Below, piece after piece: positions 30,036 through 39,861 of a stretch of 64,000 nt of DNA. Below the pieces are notes generated by a model. That model saw only the letters and a list, made by a program, of their open reading frames with translations, was not told the origin of the DNA and did no database searches. The DNA lies in the NCBI GenBank assembly GCA_965203465.1, contig CBDBCR010000003.1:416001-480000 (forward strand). Direction: 5' to 3'. The DNA comes from Nitrosopumilaceae archaeon. GTDB lineage: Archaea > Thermoproteota > Nitrososphaeria > Nitrososphaerales > Nitrosopumilaceae. Numbering within the stretch: position 1 is the first letter of the stretch; each line of letters opens with the position of its first letter. Position numbers and translations under genes: made by a program.

Positions 30036-32030
30036 CTATCGAACCGGGCGGCGGCGCCCCGGCCCGCGCGGCTTCCGGGCGGGCGGCCCGGCCCGCCTGA
30101 GCGCGCTGCCCGTGTGCAGGTGCGAGGCGTCCTGGTCCCAGACAAAGTCGTGATCCAGCATCTGGGCGTGCAAGAGCTGCTCTCCGGCCTCGTCGTCCCT
30201 GCCGGACAGGAAGAGCAGGCGCGCCTTTACAAAGTAGGCGTACGCGTACCCCTCGTCCATCCCGACCGCCTTGTCGGCCAGCGCCAGCGCCCTCGCGTAC
30301 CACTCTGTCCCGGCGGCCGGCGCCCCCCTCGCCCGCTCTTCTGCGTGCGCGTTCGAGAGCGACGTGGCCATGTTGGCGTAGGACTGGGGCTGCGGCGCGA
30401 TCTCGGCGGATCTCGCGTAAGAGTCGTACGCCTCCCCGTATCTGTCCAAGTTAGACAGCGCGGTGGCCCTGCCGTAGTGCGCCTCGGCGTCGTCGGGCGC
30501 GATCAGCAGCGCCGCATCGAAGCATTCTAGCGCCCCGCGCGCGTCGTCGGCTGCCAGGAGCGATTCGCCCAGGCGCACGTACGCCTCGGGCGACTCTGGC
30601 AGGGCGCGCGCGGCCTCCCTCAGCACCCGCGCGGATTCGGAGAACCTGCCCATGCCGGCCAGCGCCTCGCCCTTTGCGATGTTGGCCAGCGGATCGCCCG
30701 GCTGGACGCGCAGCGCCCCGTCGGCAGCCCTTAGCGCCTCGGCGCTCCTGCCCTGCTGCAGGTAGATTTTTGCGAGGTTGAGCTTGCCGACCGTCTGCGC
30801 CGAGCCCGCCGAGGACGACTTGCGGTAGCACTCTTCGGCCTCTTTTTTCCTGCCCATCGCGTCGTACACGTTGCCCATGTTGGAGTACGTGGCCGCGCGG
30901 CTGGCGCCCAGCTCTAGGGCCTTGTTGAATTCCTTGATCGACGAGTCAAAGGCGCCAGACATCCCGAGGGCGGTGCCGAATGCCGCGTGCGCGTTCCCGT
31001 AGTCGGGCGCGTCCCTGACCATGGCCCCAAAGTGCGACAGCGCGCCGGCCGCGTTGCCGTCTTTTAGCAGGCGCATCCCCCTCGCGAGCTGGACGCGCAG
31101 CGGATCTTTCGTGCGGTCCGGCGCGCCGGGCCGCTCGCCCCCGTGCTCTGGGTCTAGGCGCGCGGCCGCGCCCCTGTGCTCCTTCGAGTCCATGCCGGCC
31201 ATCTCCAGCAGGCGCGCCTTTACGAAGTGCGCGTGCGCGTGGCCCGGCTGGTTGCCGATGGCCCGGTCGGCCAGGACCAGCGCCTCGGCGTGCCATCCCC
31301 CGATGTCCTGCCCCTCGTGCATGCCGGCGAGCGACGCGGCCATGCCCGCGTACGCGGCAGCGTCCGGCTCCAGCTCCGCCGCTTCGGCGTACGCCCTGTA
31401 GGCTCCGCCGTGATCCCCCAGCTCCGAGAGCGCCAGGCCCCTTTTGTAGCGGGCCTGCGGATCCGACGGATCGGCGCCCGCCGCGTCCCCAAAGCATCGC
31501 GACGCCCCCTCCGCGTCCCCGGCGGCCAGGAGCGCCTCGCCCAGGCGCGCGCGGAGCCTGGCCGGCGCGGCCCCGCCGCGCGCCGCCTCCTCGAGGATGC
31601 GGACGGCCTCTTTGGGCTTGCCGGAGTTGAGCAGCGCCGAGCCTTTGGCGAGCTTTGCCTCTACCGATCCCGGGCGGAGCCGCAGCGCCTCGTCGGCGCT
31701 TTTTTCCGCGTCCGCGTACCTCCCCCAGCTGTCGTGTATGCCGGCCATTTTGACGTGCGCCTCTGCAAGATCCGGCCGCCCGGCCAGCGCCTCGCGGTAG
31801 CACGCCATGGCCTCGTCGTCCATTCCCAGCATGCCGTACGCCTCGCCCATCCCCATGCGCGCGTCGGCCGTCTCGCCCCCCCTCAGCGCCGCCCCGAAGC
31901 TCTCCAGCGCGCCGGCCGCGTCCCCGCGGCGGAGTTTTTCGAGCCCCTCGTCGCGGGCGCCCCGCGCGATCCGCCTCTTGCGCCCCGGCGGCCTTTTGCG
32001 CGCGCCGCTCGGGGAGACTCTACGGGCCAA
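30036..32030 (-). CDS. Tetratricopeptide-repeat protein with an internal two-fold duplication
   Basis: Successive TPR-like helices (A..cF..A....P....a.y..G.AL). Start TTG 32030 is tentative. Confidence 0.8.
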   Translation of the reverse strand: MARRVSPSGARKRPPGRKRRIARGARDEGLEKLRRGDAAGALESFGAALRGGETADARMGMGEAYGMLGMDDEAMACYREALAGRPDLAEAHVKMAGIHDSWGRYADAEKSADEALRLRPGSVEAKLAKGSALLNSGKPKEAVRILEEAARGGAAPARLRARLGEALLAAGDAEGASRCFGDAAGADPSDPQARYKRGLALSELGDHGGAYRAYAEAAELEPDAAAYAGMAASLAGMHEGQDIGGWHAEALVLADRAIGNQPGHAHAHFVKARLLEMAGMDSKEHRGAAARLDPEHGGERPGAPDRTKDPLRVQLARGMRLLKDGNAAGALSHFGAMVRDAPDYGNAHAAFGTALGMSGAFDSSIKEFNKALELGASRAATYSNMGNVYDAMGRKKEAEECYRKSSSAGSAQTVGKLNLAKIYLQQGRSAEALRAADGALRVQPGDPLANIAKGEALAGMGRFSESARVLREAARALPESPEAYVRLGESLLAADDARGALECFDAALLIAPDDAEAHYGRATALSNLDRYGEAYDSYARSAEIAPQPQSYANMATSLSNAHAEERARGAPAAGTEWYARALALADKAVGMDEGYAYAYFVKARLLFLSGRDDEAGEQLLHAQMLDHDFVWDQDASHLHTGSALRRAGPPARKPRGPGRRRPVR

Positions 32031-32190
32031 CGCCGGGCCCGCGGCGCGGGCTGTATTTGTGGTTGTTGCCCGCCCGATCCCCAAACCGTTCCGGCGCCGG
32101 AGCGGGGGCGGAAAGCCCCCCGGACGGGCCCGCCGATCGGCGCCCGGGCTGCAAGTACTCTTTAAATCAGGCCGCCCGCGCCGGCGCCCC

Positions 32191-33534
32191 ATGCCCACGC
32201 AGATGAGCCGCGCCAGGAGCGGCGAAGTCACCGACGAGATGCGCCAGGTCGCGCGCGACGAGGGCGTGGAACCGGAGTGGCTCGCCCCGAGGATAGCGTC
32301 CGGCTCTGTCATAATACCGGCCAACACCGGGCGCAGGCAAAAGGCCCACCGCGTCGGCATAGGCAGGGGCCTGAAGACGAAGGTCAACGTCAACATCGGC
32401 ACGTCCACGCTCAGCGCCGACCTCGAGGCCGAGAGGGAAAAGGCCAGGGTGGCCGTAAAGTACCACGCCGACACGATAATGGACCTGAGCGACGGCGGCG
32501 ACGTGGCCTCGGTGCGCAGGGCGCTCCTGGACGAGGCGCGCATCACGTTCGGGACGGTCCCCATATACCAGGCGTACAACGCCGGCGTGGCGCGCAAGAA
32601 CCCCACGGACCTGACCGAGGACGACTTTATCGGCGCGTTCGAGGACAACGTGCGCGACGGCGTCGACTACGTGACCATACACTCGGGGATAACCCTCGAC
32701 ATAGCGCGGCGCATAATGTCCGTAAAGAGGAGGGGCGGCGTGGTCAGCAAGGGCGGCACGATAACGGCCGCCTGGATGCTAAAGCACGAAAAGGAAAACC
32801 CGTACCACTCGCACTTTGACTACCTGCTCGAGGTGGCGCGCAAGCACGACGTCACGTTCAGCCTGGGCGACGCGCTGCGGCCCGGCTCCATACTCGATTC
32901 CCACGACGAGCTGCAGGTGCAGGAGATGATCAACATAGCCAGGCTGACAAAGAGGGCCCACGCGCAGGACGTGCAGGTGATGGTCGAGGGGCCCGGCCAC
33001 GTCCCGCTGGACCAGGTGGCCGCCAACGTGCGCCTGGCAAAGTCGCTCATAGGCGACGTCCCCTACTACGTGCTCGGGCCGCTGGTCACCGACGTGGCCT
33101 CGGGGCACGACCACATAGCCAGCGCCATAGGCGCGGCCGTCTCGGCCGCCGAGGGCGTGGACCTGCTCTGCTACCTGACCCCCTCGGAGCACCTGGCGCT
33201 GCCCGACGCCGGCGAGGTGCGCGCCGGCCTCATAGCGTACCGCATCGCGGCGCACGCGGGCGACCTGGTAAAGATGCGCGAAAAGGCGATAAAGTGGGAC
33301 GAGCAGATGACCGAGGCGCGCAGGAGCCTCGACTGGGAGAGGCAGATAGCCCTCTCGATAGACCCCGAGGAGGCGGCCCGCATACACTCGCGCACCGGAC
33401 AGCACCCGGGCAACAACGTGCCGTGCACCATGTGCGGGGGCGCGTGCGTGTACATCATGCTGCCCCAGCAGCGCAAGTACGCCGAACGGCCCGAGGCCAC
33501 GCCCGGCGGGGCGCAGGCCGCGCGCGCCGACTGA
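32191..33534 (+). CDS. thiC: Phosphomethylpyrimidine synthase
   Basis: TKVNVNIGTS, DTIMDLS, LGDALRPG, EGPGHVP and C-terminal CTMCGGAC. TTTAAA 30 nt upstream. Confidence 0.96.
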   Translation: MPTQMSRARSGEVTDEMRQVARDEGVEPEWLAPRIASGSVIIPANTGRRQKAHRVGIGRGLKTKVNVNIGTSTLSADLEAEREKARVAVKYHADTIMDLSDGGDVASVRRALLDEARITFGTVPIYQAYNAGVARKNPTDLTEDDFIGAFEDNVRDGVDYVTIHSGITLDIARRIMSVKRRGGVVSKGGTITAAWMLKHEKENPYHSHFDYLLEVARKHDVTFSLGDALRPGSILDSHDELQVQEMINIARLTKRAHAQDVQVMVEGPGHVPLDQVAANVRLAKSLIGDVPYYVLGPLVTDVASGHDHIASAIGAAVSAAEGVDLLCYLTPSEHLALPDAGEVRAGLIAYRIAAHAGDLVKMREKAIKWDEQMTEARRSLDWERQIALSIDPEEAARIHSRTGQHPGNNVPCTMCGGACVYIMLPQQRKYAERPEATPGGAQAARAD

Positions 33535-33550
33535 AAAAAACCGCCAGTCC

Positions 33551-34411
33551 CTACCTTTCCAGAACCGAGACCATCGAGGTGACGCGCTTGTACGAGGTAG
33601 CCGGATCCGAGACGGCCGCCAGCCTCTCCTGGCAGGCCTTTACGTACTCTACGACCTCCTCGGTCTTTGATTCCTGGACGGCCGTGAGCAGCCTGCCCAC
33701 GTCCTTCCAGAACTCTTCTGCCACCTTGCGCAGCTCCGGGTTGGAGATTATCGTCTCTATGAGGTCTGGGGATTCGGTGAGTATGCTTTCGGCGAGCGCG
33801 CGCTGCACCTTGAACGTGGTGCCGGCCATCTTGTCGGTGAGGCCCGTCTTTTCGTCCTTTGATATGATGCTGGCGAAGACCAGGTTGGACAGGTGCGTGA
33901 GGCCCAGCACCACCGCTATGCGCTTGTCGTGCTCGGCCGCGTCCATGGTGACGAAGCTGGCGCCGGGCAGCAGCGACTTTGCGACGGCCAGCTCTTTTTT
34001 GGCGTCGCGCACCGGCACCGATATGACGTTCTTGTTCTTGAGGCGGCGCGTGCCGGGCCCGAACATGGGGTGTATGCAGACGGGGCTTATCTTGGCGGGC
34101 ATCTTTGAGAGCGCCGAGACGGTCTTTGTCTTTTCCGACGAGATGTCTATGAGGTGCGTGCCCTTTTTCATCTCCTTTGCTATCAGCCTGATGATCTCGG
34201 GGGTCCGGCGCGTGGGGGTGCAGAGCATCACGTACTCGGTGTTCAGTATGGAGCCGACCAGCGAATCGGAGACCTTTATGCCCTTGGCCGAGACGGGGTT
34301 TTCCGGATCGTGGCCGGTCACCTCGAAGCCCAGGTCGGCAAAGTGCCTGCAGAACCAGCGGCCCATCCGGCCGCCGGCCCCAATCACCGTTATGCGCTTT
34401 TTCGCCATCAC
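33551..34411 (-). CDS. tyrA: Prephenate dehydrogenase
   Basis: IGAGGRMG Rossmann motif, DISSEK, HPMFGP, EHD...A...LTH. Confidence 0.9.
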   Translation of the reverse strand: MMAKKRITVIGAGGRMGRWFCRHFADLGFEVTGHDPENPVSAKGIKVSDSLVGSILNTEYVMLCTPTRRTPEIIRLIAKEMKKGTHLIDISSEKTKTVSALSKMPAKISPVCIHPMFGPGTRRLKNKNVISVPVRDAKKELAVAKSLLPGASFVTMDAAEHDKRIAVVLGLTHLSNLVFASIISKDEKTGLTDKMAGTTFKVQRALAESILTESPDLIETIISNPELRKVAEEFWKDVGRLLTAVQESKTEEVVEYVKACQERLAAVSDPATSYKRVTSMVSVLER

Positions 34412-35772
34412 AGCACCCTGGCCAGCCTCCCGACTGCCTCCTTTAGTATTTTTTCGTCCAGGCAGGCGCAGAGCCTCACGAACTCCTTATAATCCCCGAA
34501 CGCCTCGCCCGGCGAGACGGCCAGGCCCTCCCCGAGGGCCCGCGAGCAGACCCCGGCGCCGTCCGCGCCGGTCCGGACGAAGAGGTAGAACGCCCCGTCC
34601 GGCTTTGCGAACTCCAGCCCCGCCTCCGAGGCGGCCGACTCTAGGGCGCGCATGCGCGACTCGACGATGCGCGCGTTGCCCGAGACGTCCGCCTCTAGGG
34701 CGGCCAGCGCGGCGCGCTGCACCGGGGCCGGCACGCAGGTCATGGCGTCGGCCTGCACGCGCGCCATCGCAGAGACGATGCCGGGCTCGGCCACCGCGTA
34801 CCCCGCCCGGAACCCCGTCATGGCGTGCGACTTTGAGAGCGACTGGACAGATATCGACTTTTCGTACCCGTACTCCGAGACCGGCTTTGTCCGCACGCGC
34901 GAGTACGGCCTGTATATCTCGTCTGCGAGAACGTACAGGCCCGCGTCCGAGGCGATGCCGACCAGCTCGTCCTGCGTCTTTTCGGGCAGCACGGCGCCGG
35001 TCGGGTTGTTGGGGTAGTTTAGCACGAGCATGCGCGTGTTGGAAGATACGGCCTCGGAGACGGCGGCCGGATCCGGCACCCAGCCGCCTTCCAGATCGGT
35101 GCGCACTGTCCTGGCCTTGGCGCCCGCGCGCGCGGCGCAGTCTTTGTACGCAGGCCACGCCGGCTCGATCACGATCACTTCGTCGCCCGGATCAAGCAGG
35201 GCCGTCATGGACGCAAATACCGCGAACCTGGCGCCGGCGGTGACCAGCACCCTTGCCGGCTCGGCGCCCTCTTTTCGCGCTATCGCCGCGCGCAGATCCT
35301 CGTCGCCCTCCGGCGCGCCGTACTTCCAGTGGCCGTCCTGCACGGCGCGCGCCAAGGCCCTTCCGGCCTCGGGCGGCGGCGGCAGGTCGAGCTCGCCTAT
35401 CTCCATGTGCATTATCTTCCTGCCCCCCTTTTCCAGCTCGCGCGCGCGCGCGAGCACCGAGGTCGGCGTCTGGGATCCGCAGCACGAGCACCCGTCCGCG
35501 CCGCGCGCCTGCCGGGCGGATCTTTGCACCGAGTGCGATTCGCGCAGCAGCACGCTGAGCAGCCTGGACGCTGTCCCCCTCCCGAGGCCCTCGCGGTCGG
35601 CCTCGCGCAGGACCGCCTCGCGCAGCTGCGCCTCGCGCCGCGCGTCCTCGACGGCCACGCCCAGCTCGCGCTTGGCCTCGCCTATCTGCCGCGCGAGGCG
35701 CGTCCTTTCTGCCATCAGGCGCGTCATCTCGAGGGTGACCCGCTCCATGCGGGCGCGCAGCTCGTCCATCAT
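34408..35772 (-). CDS. Chorismate mutase (AroQ-type) fused to a class I/II PLP aminotransferase
   Basis: N-terminal LRARMERV..EM..LMAER...IG..K......D..RE. C-terminal NYPNNPTG, DEIY, SLSKSHAMTGFRAGY. Confidence 0.88.
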   Translation of the reverse strand: MMDELRARMERVTLEMTRLMAERTRLARQIGEAKRELGVAVEDARREAQLREAVLREADREGLGRGTASRLLSVLLRESHSVQRSARQARGADGCSCCGSQTPTSVLARARELEKGGRKIMHMEIGELDLPPPPEAGRALARAVQDGHWKYGAPEGDEDLRAAIARKEGAEPARVLVTAGARFAVFASMTALLDPGDEVIVIEPAWPAYKDCAARAGAKARTVRTDLEGGWVPDPAAVSEAVSSNTRMLVLNYPNNPTGAVLPEKTQDELVGIASDAGLYVLADEIYRPYSRVRTKPVSEYGYEKSISVQSLSKSHAMTGFRAGYAVAEPGIVSAMARVQADAMTCVPAPVQRAALAALEADVSGNARIVESRMRALESAASEAGLEFAKPDGAFYLFVRTGADGAGVCSRALGEGLAVSPGEAFGDYKEFVRLCACLDEKILKEAVGRLARVL

Positions 35773-36863
35773 TTGAGCACCGCCCCGATAAAGCCCCCCT
35801 GCAGGGCAAGGTCGGCCAAGACCAGCGAGGCGAGCGCGTCGACTACGGGCGGGGCGCGCGGGACCACGCACGGGTCGTGCCTGCCCTTGACCCGCAGCGT
35901 CTCCTCGGTGCCCGACTCCAGGTCCACTGTCTTCTGCGGAGAGGCTATCGACGAGACCGGCTTGAAGGCTATGCGCGCCGTTATCGGCATGCCGTTGGAT
36001 ATGCCGCCGAGTATGCCGCCGGAGCGGTTGGTGCGCGTGACCACCCGGCCGCCCCTGTAGGCGTACTCGTCGTTGTTCTGCGAGCCTGTCCTGCGCGCGC
36101 CGGCAAAGCCGGAGCCGAACTCGACGCCCTTTACGGACGGTATGGAAAAGAAGGCCCGGCTCATCTCCGATTCTACGGACGCAAAGACCGGCTCGCCCAC
36201 GCCGGCCGGCACGCCCTCGGTGATCGACTCCACCACGCCGCCTAGCGAATCGCCGCGCTTGCGCGCCCCGACTATGGCCGCGCGCATCAGCTTTGCGGCC
36301 CCGGCGTCGGGGCACCGCACGTCGTTCGAATACGCGAGATCGGGCTTGCCCGAGTACCTGCCGCGCATCGACACGGTTCCTATGCTGTGCGTGTACGAGT
36401 GAGTCTTTACGCCGAGGCACTCGGAGAGCAGCTTGCGCGCGACCGCGCCGCCCATCACGTGCGCCGCCGTCAGCCTGCCGGAGAACCTGCCGCCGCCGCG
36501 CACGTCGTTGTGGCCGGCGTACTTTACCGTCGCCGCATAGTCCGAATGGCCCGGCCTCGGCCTGCGGAACAGTTCCTCGTAGTCGGACGAGCGCGCGTCG
36601 GCGTTGCGTATCACCATGGCCACGGGCGCGCCGGTGGTCTTGCCGCGGAACGTGCCGGAGAGTATCTCGACCCTGTCGGATTCGCGGCGCTGCGTCGATA
36701 TGGAGGACTGCCCCGGCCGCCGCACGTCGAGCATCGGCTGTATGTCGCCTTCGTCCAGCGCCAGCCCGGCGGGGCAGCCGTCTAGCATCGCCCCGACGCA
36801 CTTGCCGTGGCTCTCGCCAAAGCTCGAGAGCACCAGCCTGCTTCCCATCGAGTTGCCCGGCAA
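35769..36863 (-). CDS. aroC: Chorismate synthase
   Basis: GESHG, RRPGQS, PRPGHSD, GGGRFSGR, GRHDPC motifs. TTG 36863 lies 29 nt after TTATAA. Confidence 0.95.
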   Translation of the reverse strand: MPGNSMGSRLVLSSFGESHGKCVGAMLDGCPAGLALDEGDIQPMLDVRRPGQSSISTQRRESDRVEILSGTFRGKTTGAPVAMVIRNADARSSDYEELFRRPRPGHSDYAATVKYAGHNDVRGGGRFSGRLTAAHVMGGAVARKLLSECLGVKTHSYTHSIGTVSMRGRYSGKPDLAYSNDVRCPDAGAAKLMRAAIVGARKRGDSLGGVVESITEGVPAGVGEPVFASVESEMSRAFFSIPSVKGVEFGSGFAGARRTGSQNNDEYAYRGGRVVTRTNRSGGILGGISNGMPITARIAFKPVSSIASPQKTVDLESGTEETLRVKGRHDPCVVPRAPPVVDALASLVLADLALQGGFIGAVLK

Positions 36864-37109
36864 CGCCCTTGCCGCCCCCGCGGTGCTTATAACTTGAGCG
36901 GCCGCGGCGGGGCGCAGCCGACTCGGCCGGCGCTGCCCGCGCCCGGCTTGCCGAGGCGACGGCGTTGCGCACTGCGCATGTGCGACTCCCAAGGCAGCGC
37001 GCTTGCAGTGAAAAGTTCACGGTCGCGCTTTCGGCTTCGAAAGTCCTCGAAAAACGGCCGGACTTTTCCGCGCGGGCAAGGCGTGGAACCTTCCGTTCCC
37101 GCGGCGGTG

Positions 37110-38120
37110 CTATGATCCGATGCTCATGCCCCCTACGTTTTCGTACGCTTCGCTCTCGTCAACGTCCACGCGTATGGGTATTGCGACTTCCGATCCGGCA
37201 TGCTCGGCGCGCTTGTCCACTATGGAGATCGTCCTTTCGATCGGCTCGTATTCGTTTTCCATGTTGTCCTTGTAAAAAAATCGCACTCGCACTTCTGCGC
37301 TAGGCGGCCGCGCCGGCGCCGTCCCGGCTCGTGGTTCTTGCGGACTGTCGCCTGCCGAGCTCGGAGACGGCGCTCGGCGCGAATACCGCATCCTGGTCGG
37401 CGATTCCAGACGAGAATTGGCGCCCAAGTGGCGCCCCAGCGCTTCAGAGACGATCTGCGAAAGGCACGATTCTACAGCACGGCGGGCCGCGTCTGCCGCT
37501 TTTTGTCCGTCGTTGTGGATCAACTCGTAAAGAGCCCGCACGTAGTCGTCCGCGCCCGAGGACACGCCTTCGCCGACTGCTCTGAGCAGAGTGTCGCCCG
37601 TCAGCGGCGAGCTTTCGGATATGATTCTGCCGCCCGTCTTGCATTCTGCGCGCAGGCGGATCTCTCCGAAGCCGAGAAACTTGAGACTGATCGGCACGGC
37701 CGGCCCGCCCTTGGCGTCAGACAAAACCAGTTTTTCCTGCATGCGGGCAAACTCTACGCGGGGCCTGAATATTCGCGCGTGTGCGAAATGGCGGTCTTTG
37801 GTGCCGTCCCGGTACACCACGTCGATGGGGATCGGGATCTGCGTCTTGAGGGAATCGGGTAGCGCCTTTGTGGCGACCGCGATGCCGAAATAGTCATAGT
37901 CGCTGCGGGCCGATTTTCCTATCTCCCTGACCGTTATGGTCTGGCCGTTTTCGTATTCCGATATGTTGATCGTGTCTGCTAGTTTGAGGCGCTCGTCCAG
38001 GAATATTCGCACGCAGTCGATCTTGTGCGTGACAGCCTTGTTTATCTTGACGTGCACCGGAATCTCTTCCCTAGGCAACGCCCACTTGGGACAGGTTATT
38101 TCAAACCCGGATACATGCAC
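37110..38120 (-). CDS. Hypothetical protein (~336 aa), AT-richer than flanks
   Basis: Globular-looking C-terminal part of track ORF 37110..39839. Tentative GTG 38120 downstream of ATATA (38147-38143). Confidence 0.6.
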   Translation of the reverse strand: MHVSGFEITCPKWALPREEIPVHVKINKAVTHKIDCVRIFLDERLKLADTINISEYENGQTITVREIGKSARSDYDYFGIAVATKALPDSLKTQIPIPIDVVYRDGTKDRHFAHARIFRPRVEFARMQEKLVLSDAKGGPAVPISLKFLGFGEIRLRAECKTGGRIISESSPLTGDTLLRAVGEGVSSGADDYVRALYELIHNDGQKAADAARRAVESCLSQIVSEALGRHLGANSRLESPTRMRYSRRAPSPSSAGDSPQEPRAGTAPARPPSAEVRVRFFYKDNMENEYEPIERTISIVDKRAEHAGSEVAIPIRVDVDESEAYENVGGMSIGS

Positions 38121-38344
38121 CCCCGGAATTTCCACAATGTCGTATATCTGAGTTTCGTGCCGGATCCGGACAACTTGGCGAGTTGCGCCTACCGTAGTCT
38201 TGTGGCAGCAGTTTCCGTGCGGGCAAGCGGATGCCGAAACCGCAGGACGGGCGGCTGGGCCTGAAACCGGATCCGCAGACGGCCCGCCGCGCTTGAAGCA
38301 CCCGACGGATCCCAATTTGCGCCAAGCTGCCCGATACGACCAGA

Positions 38345-39839
38345 TCATCCGCCGTACTGCAGAACTTCCACCGAGGCGCCGCGCGCGGCCCACCGGCCGT
38401 GCTCGAAGAACGGCGACTGGCCCGTCTGGGGATCCAGCGCCCTGCGCAGATCCGCGTAGAGCTCGCCTGCGTACCACCGCTGCCACGGCCCGCCCAGGCC
38501 CGGCCCCTCGAAGTAGGCCAGCGAGCGCGAGCCGTCGCGGAATTCGGCCAGCCTGCCGCCGTTCTCCATCATCCAGGATCCGGCCACCAAGACCATCCCC
38601 TCCTGCGGCTCGTCTGGCAGCTCGCCGTAGGGGACAAACTCGGCGCCGCGCAGGTGCGACGGGAGCCACCCGTACGTCTGGTTTGAGACGAGCGGGGACG
38701 CGCCGTCGTGGTTTTGCAGCACCCACGACATGGCGGCCAGCTGCGCCTCGGTCGCGTCGGCGTGTATCACCGTGCCGCTCACGGAGAGGCCAAAGGCGGC
38801 CAGGGCCGCGACGGCTGCCATCGCCGCGCGCCCTCCGAGGCGGGGGCGCGGCCCGGCAGGCCAGCTTGTCGATCATGGCGGCGGCCGCCACGCACGCGGC
38901 CGGCAGCAGCAGCACGAGGTGATAGTACACCACGTACCCGAGCAGGCCGAAAAAAACCAGGACGGGCAGCATCCACAGCAGCAGGAACCTGTCCCGCGTT
39001 GCCAGCGCGTAGGCCAGCCCGCACGCGCCCAGCGCCGTCATGACCGGATCGGTCATGAACAGCACCGCCAGGGCCGACGGCAGGCCCGCGTTGGCCCGGC
39101 CGGCCTGCCACAGCACGGCGTCGAGCCACGCGGGCAGCTGCCCGGCAAGGGCGGCAACGGCAGGCCAAGCCGACGCCGTCAGGGCGGCCGGCGCGACGTA
39201 CAAGACCGCGTGCGATGCCTGCCGGCGCGCCGCGTAGGCCAGCCCCGCGGCCAGCGGCAGCGCCGCCAGCGACGGCACCTTGGTCAGCAGTGCCAGCCCC
39301 ATGCAGGCGCCGGCCGCGGCCAGCAGCGGCGCGCGGCGGCTCGGGGGGCACCTTCCCGCGCGCATCGCAAGAAAGACGGACAAGAGCACGAGGGGTAGCA
39401 TCACCGAATCCAGCAGGACGTGGCGCAGCACCAGCGAGACGGGCATCACCGCAAACATCACCGAGGCCAGCAGGGCGGCGCGCGGCCCGTACCGCTCGTC
39501 GGCTATCCGGTACACCAGGAACGCGCCGGCCACTGCCAGCAGGCCCATGAACGTGCGCGGCACCGCGTAGAACTTTTCCAGCTGCTCGGGATCGGCGCCC
39601 TCGCCGACGTCCGGATAGCCCGCGGCCGCCATGAACCCGGCGATGGCCACCTGCCCGAAGAACGGGTGGTCGTAGCCGTGCAGCACGTCGCCGTCCAGCG
39701 CCCCGAGGCTGCGCGAGATGTACGCCGACTCGTCGTCGTACAGATCCGGAAACCCCGCCGGGTTCCACATGTGGGTGTAGGCGCACAGCGCCACCGGGAT
39801 CAGCACCCACAGGCGCCTGTCCGAAAGCCTGCCCGACAC
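38345..39839 (-). CDS. Membrane glycosyltransferase, GT-C (PMT/ArnT-like), with an apparent +1 frameshift at ~38845
   Basis: DDESAY and YDHPFFG motifs, multiple TM helices. Removing one base from the G5 run (38842-38846) joins the upstream frame to ORF 38345..38821. Confidence 0.75.
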
Positions 39840-39861
39840 GCGCGCTTTTCGCGCGCGTCAC

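Noticed and set aside
32040-32190. TPP riboswitch upstream of thiC
   Set aside because: No CTGAGA or related conserved motif, and the TATA box 30 nt before the ATG implies a leaderless transcript.
37110-39839. 909-aa apparent fusion of a membrane glycosyltransferase with a soluble domain
   Set aside because: An artefact of the +1 frameshift at ~38845. The middle is out-of-frame sequence joining two separate genes.
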